A stretch of DNA of 64,000 bases from Ascoidea asiatica JCM 7603 (taxonomy: Eukaryota; Fungi; Ascomycota): positions 845,931 through 909,930 of the forward strand of contig BCKQ01000004.1 of NCBI GenBank assembly GCA_001600695.1, read 5' to 3'. Position 1 is the stretch's first letter. Each line of letters begins with the position of its first letter. The notes under the pieces were generated by a model, which was not told the origin of the DNA, made no database searches, and saw only the letters and a list, made by a program, of their open reading frames with translations. Positions 49,101 through 59,600 of the stretch are shown here, in pieces. The translations under genes were made by a program, and so were the position numbers.

Positions 49101-50122
49101 CTGATTATGAACTTTGGTTGAGAACTGTAAACTGTATGTCTGATCTTGATTGTCTTTTATCATTAGCTGCAACTTCGGAATCATTAGGAGAACCTGCATG
49201 TCGACCAATTTTTGTTACTGATTCTGAACATGGAAGTTTGAAATTTAATGATCTCAGACATCCATGTTTTATGGGAGGAGGTGCTTCAGGATCTGATGAA
49301 TTTATTCCAAACGATATAATTTTAGGAGGTGATGAATCAAAACTTGGTCTTTTAACAGGTGCCAATGCTGCTGGAAAATCTACAATTTTAAGAATGACTT
49401 GTGTAGCTGTTATTCTTGCTCAATTAGGTTGTTGGGTTCCTGCATCTTTTGCAAAATTAACTCCAATAGATAGAATAATGACTAGACTTGGTGCCAATGA
49501 TAATATAATGCAAGGAAAATCAACATTTTTTGTTGAGCTTTCAGAAACCAAAAAAATGCTTGAGTTTGCAACACCTAGATCATTACTTGTTTTAGATGAA
49601 TTAGGAAGAGGAGGTTCATCTTCTGATGGATATGCAATTGCAGAATCTATTCTTTATCATATTTGTACCCATGTTCAGTCTTTGGGTTTTTTTGCTACTC
49701 ATTATGGTTCTTTAGGTCTTGCATTTAAAAATCATCCACAAATAAAACCATTAAGAATGAAAATTCTAGTAGATAAAGAATCAAGAAATATTACATTTTT
49801 ATATAAACTTGAGGATGGTGCTGCAGAAGGATCATTTGGAATGCATGTTGCTTCAATGTGTGGGATTGATGATAATATAATAAAGAATGCAGAGGTTGCA
49901 GCTAAAAATCTTGAACATACATCTAGAATCAAGAAATCGAATGAACTAGCTAAACTTTCAGAAAGTGGAATTCCACTTGGATTACAATCAGATTTTTCTT
50001 GGCTTATTAAAGGAAGTTTTGATAATAAAATAGGTGATATTGGACAAGATGTATCTGTTTATAATGATTCAGTTAAAAATTGTGTTATAAAAAATATAAT
50101 GTCAATGATAGATGGGTTATAG
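46139..50122 (+). CDS. MSH6: DNA mismatch repair protein MutS-alpha subunit
   Basis: PIP box QADIFSFF, YDPRTL.IP, FFKKGKFFELYE, TGANAAGKST, LDELGRG, FATHY. Confidence 0.98.
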   Translation: MTVLTPKRRGNTKLNSSTTKRSITPVSKKNTPASKKKQADIFSFFSKVPSNTKSPLSNNTDSNIKRDKEQKKKVVKNHIVLNEEDEEDNNEEDEEDDIVLSSRTIEKSPSKNKSVKSILKKTKNSNLNSNSPSKTKISFSNKENFEPSNFNTSDIQSSMNLDIDSDKELSTFNNPTPDTSICLPKYKDSQIKSNNHSKDYSINHSNNNENDDILLSSPSRRLRRKINYFELSDNDDDSNILNSSNKGRKRRKIKDSDSEEDFIPDPMDSDDGLEQELLLKNIELELNDDNQEIENLDDIDEDEVLSSKKNSKSKKTGTSRSSAFSERFKASENNNNNNTLKLKLEKKSQLLKNKCKISPLKGSPKKSFQKNNEERYKWLINIRDAEKRGITDPDYDPRTLFIPSSAWSSFTAFEKQYWTIKSKMYDCIVFFKKGKFFELYEKDALLAHNLFDLKLAGNGRANMQLAGVPEMSFDYWAGEFISKGYKVAKVDQVESMLAKEIRESSKQKKEEKVIRRELSCVLTGGTLTEESMIKNDMATYCLAIKQQEELDGSNIFGISFADTSTGIIKLLEFTDDAECTSLETLINQIKPKEVIVSKGNLTSLATRIVKFNCSPNSLWNSIKDEVEFWDSDKTLEELSQSNYFHDKNINEKKNWPSVLIEYSENKPLGFSAFGALLWYLRSLKLDENILSIRNISKYNIYDNANSSLILDGQTLQNLEIFRNSFDGTDKGSLFKFINRAMTAFGKRKLSNWVCHPLFNIKDINERLDSVESLLDDGNLRSTITENLRVLPDLERMLSRIHSGSLSIKDFVKVVEGFECISRLIKSIIDGYESFDKLHGLLSKIFSQIPSNLQNHIENWSDAFDRLEAKENGKLIPEKGVEPEFDESIEAMKNLEGELNRLLRNYKKTFKCQELCFKDSGKEIFLIEVPTKYVKRIPDNWTQMGSTAKVKRYWSPEVRDVVKELLKVRELHKDIISNLKTKLYAKFDTDYELWLRTVNCMSDLDCLLSLAATSESLGEPACRPIFVTDSEHGSLKFNDLRHPCFMGGGASGSDEFIPNDIILGGDESKLGLLTGANAAGKSTILRMTCVAVILAQLGCWVPASFAKLTPIDRIMTRLGANDNIMQGKSTFFVELSETKKMLEFATPRSLLVLDELGRGGSSSDGYAIAESILYHICTHVQSLGFFATHYGSLGLAFKNHPQIKPLRMKILVDKESRNITFLYKLEDGAAEGSFGMHVASMCGIDDNIIKNAEVAAKNLEHTSRIKKSNELAKLSESGIPLGLQSDFSWLIKGSFDNKIGDIGQDVSVYNDSVKNCVIKNIMSMIDGL

Positions 50123-50355
50123 AGTTATAATTATTTAATTTGATCTGATGACAAGTATTCAATTCTTTTTTTTTCTAACGATTTTTCCTAACGATTTTTT
50201 CTTTTATCTTCTTTCAGAGTGGTGATTACAAATTTTTTTACTTCATAATAATATAAGTCTTTTTATTTATTCTATATATATAGTACAGCAAAGTTTTTCT
50301 TGAAAGTATAATTTAAAACTTAAATTTAGCTTAACTTTATTAGCTATTATTTGGA

Positions 50356-52721
50356 TTAAACAAATTCTTGAATCCAATTTGATTCATCATTTATTGTTTC
50401 AATGTTTGTGAATTTTTTATTATTCGGCAGAGATTTTTTTTTCAGTATTCTAGGCTCACAATCTATATTATTAATTTCGTTAGAATCAAATTTTTTTGAA
50501 TTTTCTAAATTTTCTAAATCATCAAATTTTCTTTTTTCAATCATATTTTTTGCTTTTATAGGTTTAAGAAATTCTATAATAAATGGAGTTAAAACATCAG
50601 AATAAGAAATATTTACAGTTTCAATTTCATCTGGGAATAAAGTTATTGAAATTCTTTTTTTAATCACATCATTTAGTAAGATTCTACCAAGATAAAATTT
50701 TTTTGAATTCCAATTACCCTTTTTATAATTATTTTTTGGTAAAATAAATTGAATCATATCATTTTTACTTAAATTTGAAATTTGATTTGAATTTGAAACT
50801 TGATCTAAGATTTGATTTCTATGAAATTTACAATGAACATTATAATTTAAATTAAATAAAGCACCTTGATTCAAACCACAAGTTGCATGAAATTTTTTTT
50901 TACAATTTTCAAAAGAACAATTTATAAGAACACCTTTATTTGAAAGACAAATATAACAACGTAAATGTCTATTAGCAATAAAATTAGTTTGATAATTTTT
51001 TAAAGAATTTAAATAATTTTGTTTATCGAAATATAAATTTTTTTCAATTTCAATAATTTTTAATTGATTTAATAAATTAGAACAAATTCTGTGAATAAAT
51101 TTATCTGATTTTTGAATTTGAATTAAATTAAAAAGGGAATGATTATCAGTTAAAGATTTTGATAAAACTATTGGACAAAAAATACATTGAGAATTACATT
51201 CAATTTTTGTTAAACTAGAAGGGGAATTTGAATTATTTTTTAATGAATTATTAGATTGATTAAATTTTCTTTATTTTCTTTATTTTCTTTATTTTCTTTA
51301 TTTTCATCATTATTAATATCATTAGATGAATTATTAGTTTCAATAGAATTTTCATCATCAATTATATAACCACAATTTTTCATTAAATTATTAACATTAA
51401 TAAAAGCAGAATCTGGTTGACAATTACAAATTTTACTTTTTTTACCAATATTAAACCAATCATCAGTTGCAAAATTTAAACTTTCAGCTAAATTATAACC
51501 ATAATTAAAACCAGAATGATAAGCATATGGAAAAGTTATAATAAATTCATTTTGATAATGACGTATATGATTAACTTTAATATTATTTTTAATTAAAAAT
51601 TTTGGAGAAATATGAAAAGTTTTATGACGTAAAAATTCATTACATTTTTTAAAATCTAAATAATTTAATTCTTTCATTAATTTAAAAAATTTTAAATAAT
51701 TATTTTGTGGAATTGTATACCATTGTTTTGGAGAACCAAAATGTAAATAATTTATTGAAAATAAATCTTGATCTTCTAAATGCCATGAAAATGTTGATTT
51801 ATATAAACCTGCATAAAGATATGGTAAATTTATACCAGGTAAATTTAAATTTAAAAATTTTAAAAAATTTGGTAAATTTGAAATATTCCAAATTTTTAAA
51901 TTTGAATTAAATAAAGTACCTTGAAAATCAGCACCATACATAATATTTCCACCATAATTTAAAGTTTTCCAATAATTTGATTCTAAGAAATTTAATCTTT
52001 CTTCATTAAATTCCGAAGTATCTATATTATAATTAAATTCTTCATTATCTTCATTAGTTTTGGAACTCATTTCTTTTTCTTTTTCTTTTTCTTTTTGTTT
52101 AAAATTTCTTTCATTTTTAGGATATGGAGGATTAAAATTATTTAAATGAAAATTTTTCCAATCTTTAATATTATAAGTTTTTGATTTAATTAAATTAAAT
52201 TGATTAAAACAATTAAAATTTTTATTTTTTGAAAAATTTTGAATAATTGGATCTTTAATTTTAATTTTTTTTAATAAATTTTTTTCATTATATAAATTTA
52301 AAGATTTAATTTTTTTTAACCATTTTTTTGGTGGTATAATTTTTATTATACCAAATTTCATACCATAATTTTGAATAGATTTTATAAAACTATAAAAATC
52401 TTTAAATTGATTAAAATTTGGTTTAAAAATTGGTATATTTCCATCAGAGAATTTATATGGTTTTATATTTAAATCAATTTTTGGATTTTTTAGATGATTT
52501 AAAGTGAAATATTCATCGACATTAAAATCTGAGTCTGATTCATTTTCAGAATCTGACTCTTCTTCTGATTCTGATTCTGAATCTGTTTCTTGGTCAGAGC
52601 CTAATTCAAATTCTTCATCATCATTACTATTGTGAAGATGATTATGATTATGATTATTGAGATTAGTTATATCTTTATTAGAAGTATTACTAGTCGGATT
52701 TAGATTGCTTGAACCGTTCAT
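50356..52721 (-). CDS. RPH1: KDM4-family JmjN/JmjC histone demethylase with C-terminal extended-PHD and Tudor-like regions; -1 frameshift near 51264
   Basis: JmjN (PIFKP...F.DF...G..KIIPP) and JmjC (FSWHLEDQDL.SINYLHFG..KQWY, FP.AYHSGFN) in 52721-51240. The -1 frame carries CIFCP, HRIC, CYIC...G....C....C...FHATC and CKFH through to 50356. Confidence 0.85.
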
Positions 52722-53281
52722 TGTAATGATTTGTATATGATATTGGATAAATAGTTATAACGCCAACTGATTAAGATACAGGAATGAATAAAGATTTGAT
52801 TAATGAATTTGAAACGATGATTATTGAATATATTTATTTACATTTATATTTATATTCATTGATAATTGTATATTTAATGCATATCGAGAAATTTAAACAA
52901 TGGAGCAAGTGAAGCAATAAAAATAATAGCAATAACAATACTAATAACAATAGTAATACAGAGGCGGTAGTTAAGGTAGTACCGTAGTTGATAGTGAAGG
53001 TATTATTTAGTACTACGCAAAAATGACATGATTTTTGAGATGAGTATCGAAAGTGTTGAAAGTGTGTGTTGGAAGTGTGCAAGGGGGGTGAGCGGTGAGG
53101 AGCGGCGGCGGTCAGGTGACTGAGAGTACCGGGCAGGGTTGTTTCTTGTTTCAGAGTAATAATAAAGCATGTGACTGAAACTAGTGTGAATCAGGAGTTG
53201 CCCGGTACTTTGATAAGATATTAGATTATTTATTTCTATAAATGGTATTAGTGGTCATGTGATAGTTTGACAGAAAACTAC

Positions 53282-53319
53282 AGGACCCTTTCTTAGTAGG
53301 ACCCTTTCTTAGTAGGACC
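53282..53319. repeat. 16-bp tandem repeat (AGGACCCTTTCTTAGT) x2.4
   Basis: Direct reading of the sequence. Confidence 0.85.
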
Positions 53320-53429
53320 GTTGTAAAAAGTATTATTCATTATTCAATTCAGCCTGAGGAAAATAGTAATATAAAATAGTGATATAAAATAGTGAATTGA
53401 ATACAAAAATTTAAATAGTATAGAATTAT

Positions 53430-54506
53430 TTATAACCAACTTTTGATTTCTCTGTTAAGAAAAAATGTAGCAGCATCGATTTGGAAATATTCTCTATCGT
53501 AAATAAGTAATTGTGTATAATCGGACCTTTTGTAAGGAACTGGAACATATTTTCGAAGTATATTTTCTAAATTTTGTATTTGATTACCTTTGCTCTGACA
53601 AAAAAAATCACTTCTATTTATTATTTTATCATTGAAATTGTCTTCTGAATTTAATAGAACGTACGAATTAAATCTACTTGTAGAAATGGCAATCATACCT
53701 AAATATTTCGTTTCATAATAATAATAATAGTAATATCTCATATTATTTTTATCTTCTTTTAAATCTTTAATTGTCATTTCAACTTTTTTTAATGATTCCA
53801 ATAAATTTGAAAAATATTCCAAACAATTATTTGAAATATTTGTTTTCTCATCCAATCTTTCGAAACTTTTGTTAAGACGTATAAAATATTTGCATCCTAA
53901 CATATTAGATAAATTATTACCAATCGCAAATATCATACCTAAAGTGTTCATGAAAGTTTTTCTTGAGTGCTTATCTAAATTAGGATATGATTTTTCAAAA
54001 GAATAACTTGATTTAGAATTATAGAAATTTTGAAAAATTTCAAAATTTATGTAGAATGAATTTGTAGAAAAAAATTTAGAAAAAATTTGTTGTAAATCCT
54101 GATCTATATTTGAAATATGAGTTCTTCCTTCCATTATTGAAAGAATATATTCTAATAAATTCTTTACATTTATTTTCTTGATTTTTGGAAGTTATTGGTA
54201 TAAAAAAATAACATTTATCATTGGATTCTAAACTATTTTTAAAATTTTTTTAATCATTCAAAGTACGATTTGGATGTAAAGCATTATTTAATAATTTATA
54301 AGCATTTTAAATTTTTTCATTAATATTTGAGAATTAAATTGCTATAAAAATTAGCAAACAAATAATGAAACTAAGCAATCAAATATAAAAGTTAGAAACA
54401 AAAAATAAAAAATTTAAGGTTAATTAAGGTTATCCTTCCTGCATTCTGCTGCAAACTTAAATACTTCAGTTGCTAATTTTACGAGAAAACTTCGAAGAAT
54501 CCCGGA
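53430..54506 (-). repeat. Dispersed repeat copy 2 (inverted), with a 234-aa ORF paralogous to 44972-45661
   Basis: Shared MEGR..ISNIDQDLQQIFS.FFSTNSF, KYLGMIAIS.SRF, ILRKYVPVPYKRSDYT.L.IYD.EYF.I.AATFF and the shared upstream module; two internal deletions relative to copy 1. Confidence 0.88.
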
Positions 54507-55506
54507 GAGAGAATTTGATGAAAAAATAAAAAAAAATCAACTATAGAAACCGGAATTTTATCTATTTTCATTAAGCTTATTATTATTTATAATAATTTAT
54601 GATAATTTCCAAACATAATCATTTTTCGAATTATGCAATTTTAATTTATTACTAAAAAATTGATAAGGATGATCTTTATAAATCAAATTACAATAAAAAT
54701 GAAGATTCTTTCAATGAATGTAAAAGAATAATGTCCTAATTTGAAAGTTTCTTCTCTTTTTGCATTTATTCAAATGATAAAATTTAATTATTTCATCTCA
54801 ATAATTAATTCGCAATATTTTTATTTATTAAATTTAATACTTTCTGCAAATTCTTTAAATCATATACAGCATTTTATATAATGTTATCACTAGCTAATTT
54901 AATTTCATTAATTTTTGTTGCTTACGCTTTTAGATACTTTAAATATTTCAATAATTTCTTCAGCTATTAGTCCAGAGACACGTGATCAAACAAGAAAAAA
55001 AAAATAGAAAAATAAAGCTCGAAAATACTTTCTTCACGATTCGAACCGCGGTGAATCAAGTATCTGATGTAAAATTTAAAAATTTTAATCCATCTTTTAA
55101 ATAATGATAATGATGGTTAAAAATTGAATGATAAGCAAAAATACCTAAAATTATGTTTAGAAGAATGGAGAATAAAAATTAAAGAAAAAGAAAGAAAATG
55201 AAAGAAAATGAAAATAAGCGATGGAAGAGAGTTTATATAATGGATTGTTTTTTATCTATCAGATATAAAATCAATGATATTTCAGATATCGTAATTTTTT
55301 ACTGCTTTTTTTGTATACAAGTCTTTTTAAACAAAGTCTCAGAAAAATCATAATTAACTATTTAATATACAAAAACAGAATAAGAAAATAAAATTTCATA
55401 GATTTAAAAAAGGAAAAGAAGAAGAATAAGAATAATTTCACAAAATAAGACATAGAATAACAAAATTTGTTTGTTTTTAAAACAAATATTAACAACATTT
55501 TCAATA

Positions 55507-56830
55507 TCATAGACCATGTAGAAGTCTGATTGCATATATTTCATTTGTTTTATAAATTTTAACAAAACTTCTATAATACATTAATTTTTCTTCTTTACTT
55601 GTTACTAAATCATCTTCACCAATATTTCTTTGATATTTAAATGCTTTGAAAAGATCTTCACTTGAAATTTTACTTTCCATATATAAAGTAGAAACAACAT
55701 CTAAATAACTATCTATAATTTCACTTTCCAACAATAATTTTTGCTTTATTAGTTGAGATTCAAGAAAACTTTTATTATTATTATTACTATTATTATTACT
55801 ATTATTATTATTATTATTATTATTGTTTCTATGATCGATATCAAATATAGATTTTGATAAAGATTTTCTAATATTATCTTGAAGAGTTAAATCACTTGAA
55901 GATCCAATTACTTCATTAACTTTTGATTTTAATTCATTTGAAGAATTATTAATATAGGAATTTGAATTTCTTTGTTGTTGCTGTTGTTGCTGTAAAGGTG
56001 TATTCATATTTGATAAATTCGATCGTGGATTTCCAATATTACTTATAATATTATTATTTATATATTGAGTTTGATTACTTGAATTTAATTTTGAATTAGA
56101 AATTGGTGTTGATGTCATATTTGATTGTGAATTAAGAAATGATCCAGGTTGTAATTGTGATATTTTTTGATTTTGTCTAAAATTTTGATTTGTTTGAAGT
56201 GGTGATGAAACAAATGCACCTAATGAAGTTTTTTTAGCAATTGAATTATTTGATAAATTATTTGAAAAACTCATACCCATTTCTCTATTTGATTGTTGTT
56301 GATTTGATGAAAATTGTTGTTGTTGCTGTAGTTGTTGTTGTAACTGTATTTGAGGTTTTTGCTGTATCTGAGTTGAAAATGTTTTTTGAAGTCTAGGAGA
56401 TTGTTGAAATTGTGTTTGATCAGATTGTTGTTTATTACTTTTTATGTTATTTTGTTCATTTGGTGGAGAATACAGAGTTCTCTTAAATCTTTTTCTTGTT
56501 GAAACACGTCTTTTGGAAGATGTTGATGTTGTTGATGGTTGTTGTATTGTAGTATTTCTTTTTCTAGTTCTTTTTTTTGGAGGTGATGTTTCTTCTTCGG
56601 AATAATTACTAGCACTTCCATCATCAAGTTCAGTTCCTGGAGAAGAATCATCATCATCTCCATTATCTATATCTATTACTTCAGTTTGAACAACTGTAGT
56701 AGGAGGTGGATGAGGAGCAGCTTGATGTTGTTGTTGAAATTGAGATTGAGATTGTTTTTTCTTGGTTGAAGTTTGTTTTTGTTTATTATTTGTGTTTTTA
56801 CTTGAAGAATTTACATTTGTAACTGAAGTT

Positions 56831-56874
<44 letters not shown>

Positions 56875-57899
56875 TATATTTGAAGATTTAGAATCTTTTA
56901 CAATTTCTTCAAAAATTAATTCATTAAATTTATAAATTAAAAAAGTATTTTTTGAACAAATTTCTTTAACTTTAATTAAACTTTGTAATTTATTAACATA
57001 TTGATTTGTTAAATTTTTATGCATATTTGATTCATTTTTTAAAAAATCATCATTTAATTGAAATTTAAAAAATTTATTATTATATTTTAAACCTTTTAAT
57101 TGAAAAACTTTTAACCAAACTTTATGTTCTTTATCAAATTGTGTTAATAAATTATTTATAATATCATAATCATTTAATAAATTAATATTTTCTTTAATTT
57201 CTTTATTATACAAACTTTTAATAATTTCAAATAAATTTTTTAAATTTGGATAATTTACAAATAAATTTTTTATAAAATCTGAAGAAATTTTATCATTAGT
57301 TGATAATTTTAATTTATTTATATTAAATTCAAACTCATCATTTTTAATTTTTTTAATTTGAAAAAATTCTTTAAATTTTAATAGATTATTATAATCAAAT
57401 TTTATACTTTTAATTATTGAGTTATAATATTTGAATATAAAAAGTATAATTTCTTCAGTCCATGGTAAATTATAAATGAATTTAATTATATGAGAATCTT
57501 TAATTTTATTAATTGGAACAGCACCTAAATCATAATTACCAATTGTTTTTTCTTCTAGTGAAATTGATTTTTCTTTATTTTCATTGTTATCTTTGGTAAT
57601 ATCTTTACTGGTATCTTTACTAGTATCTTTACTAGTATCTTTACTAGTATCTTTACTACTATCTTTAGTAGTAGTTTTATTATTATCTTTTATGTTAGTG
57701 TTAGTAGTACTTATACTAGCTTTATCATTAACTTTTGACTTATCTTTATCATTAACTTTTGAGTTGTCATTTGACTTATCATTTGAGTTATCATTTGAAG
57801 AATCTTTAGAAGTTATATTGGAAGGAGTAGTAATATTTGTATTTTCTAAATTTTTTTCTGTAATATTACTATTATTATTTGAATCCATTGTTGTTTGAG

Positions 57900-57931
<32 letters not shown>

Positions 57932-58428
57932 GTAGTAGTAGTACCAGTATTATTTATATTTATATCTTTAGATTGAGAATTATTTTTTAATTGAGTTGAT
58001 TCAATAATACTGGTAGTAGGATTAATTTTTTCAGAATTAGATTTAGTACCGTTTGAATTATCAGAATATTCATCCGTTAGTTTATTATTTGAATCTTTAT
58101 TAGAATCTTTATTAGAATCTTTATTTATTTCCTTATTAGATTCCTTATTAGATTCTTGATTAGATTCTTGATTAGATTCTTGATTAGGATCCTTATTTGT
58201 AATATTAGTATGTGTTTCAGTATTTTCTTGTAGTAGTTTATTAGATAACTCTTTTTTAGATTCTTTTATTTCTTTATTATCATTGGAGTTATCCTGATTT
58301 TCATCACTTTTAGAATTTTGATCAATTGATTTATTAGAATTTGTTGAATTTAGGGATGCAGACGTAAAAGTAATTTCTTTTACTGTTTTAGATTGGGATG
58401 GATATTGAGATTGAGATTGGGAAGACAT
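55507..58428 (-). CDS. Low-complexity putative nuclear protein, 973 aa
   Basis: Long ORF with N/S/T/K repeats, a central helical region, basic NLS clusters, a Q-rich region and a C-terminal helical domain. Confidence 0.75.
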
Positions 58429-58810
58429 TATGGAAATGAAATGAGATGAAATGAGATGAAATGAGATGAAATCAAGTGAAAAGAAGTGAATATTGAGTAG
58501 GAAAATTGTAGATAGTATAAAATTAATGATGATTATGTTTTCAAAAGTACTGGTACAGTAATTATTATAATGGTAAATAATAAATTTTTAGATGATTTTT
58601 ATGCTTATGTTATTTTTTATTAATTTTACGTATATTTACAATTTTATTTATCAATCATTGTTTATATTTACATTTAATTTCATATTTTTTTGTTGTTTAG
58701 AAAAAGATTGTTTCGTGTAGCATTAAAAGCACGGAAATAATAATAACAATAATAATAACAATAATAATAACAATAATAATAACAATAATATAAATATATA
58801 TATATATATA

Positions 58811-58820
58811 GTCACGTGAC
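58811..58820. promoter_or_regulatory. Palindromic Cbf1/bHLH site GTCACGTGAC in a divergent promoter
   Basis: Perfect RTCACGTG match. Confidence 0.6.
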
Positions 58821-59600
58821 CACCCACAGACCTGGTAATAATAATCTGTACAAAACTGTATTTAAACGTACCTGTACGTATATACCACCACTATGGGCTT
58901 AATAAAATATGAGACCAATTTTGTGGTTTTTCTTTGACGCTTGTGTCTGTGATAGTAAGTACTTTGCTGCCGCTGAATGTTTGTTCCTCATCAGTGGCTA
59001 GTTTTTATGGCTGGTGCTGTCTGAAGTCTGTGGAGTGTGGCTGAGTGTGTGTTAGAGATGTGTTTCAGGTGTTTTTTGGCTGCTGTGGGTTTTCTCAGGC
59101 TGAAACGAAGCGAGTTGTGTAACTTTTCTTCTTTGCTGTGGGACGCAATGGGCCTGAGGTAACTGATACGGCCTTCATCACAATACATCAATTCAATACA
59201 AATAAATGTTTAATATTCAATATTCAAATATTAAAGATTTAAAATATTCACAATAACAAAATAATCAAAAGATCAAATTGAAATAAATTATAATTCATAT
59301 TCAAATTAATGAACCATTTGAGAATTCAAAAAAAATATATGATTGATTGATTCATCGATTCTTTCATTCATTCATACATTCATCCATTCATTGATTAATT
59401 CATTGATTAATTCATTGATTCATTTATTATATCTCAATATTCTTTAATTTAAAATTTTTATTAACTAATTTATATTTCTCTATTTTATTCACAGATGTTT
59501 TTTCAATTCATTCAATAATTATTAAAATTATTAAAATTATTATCATAAATAAATATTTAAATAAGTTATATAACTTCATTTCATTTCATTAATTTATCAA

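Noticed and set aside
55020-55060. Possible tRNA on the minus strand
   Set aside because: A B-box is present but the T-stem does not pair and no cloverleaf forms.
58955-59494. Possible 5' UTR intron of STE5 (GTAAGT...AACTAAT...CAG)
   Set aside because: The branch point has two mismatches and there is no coding constraint to confirm it; needs RNA-seq.
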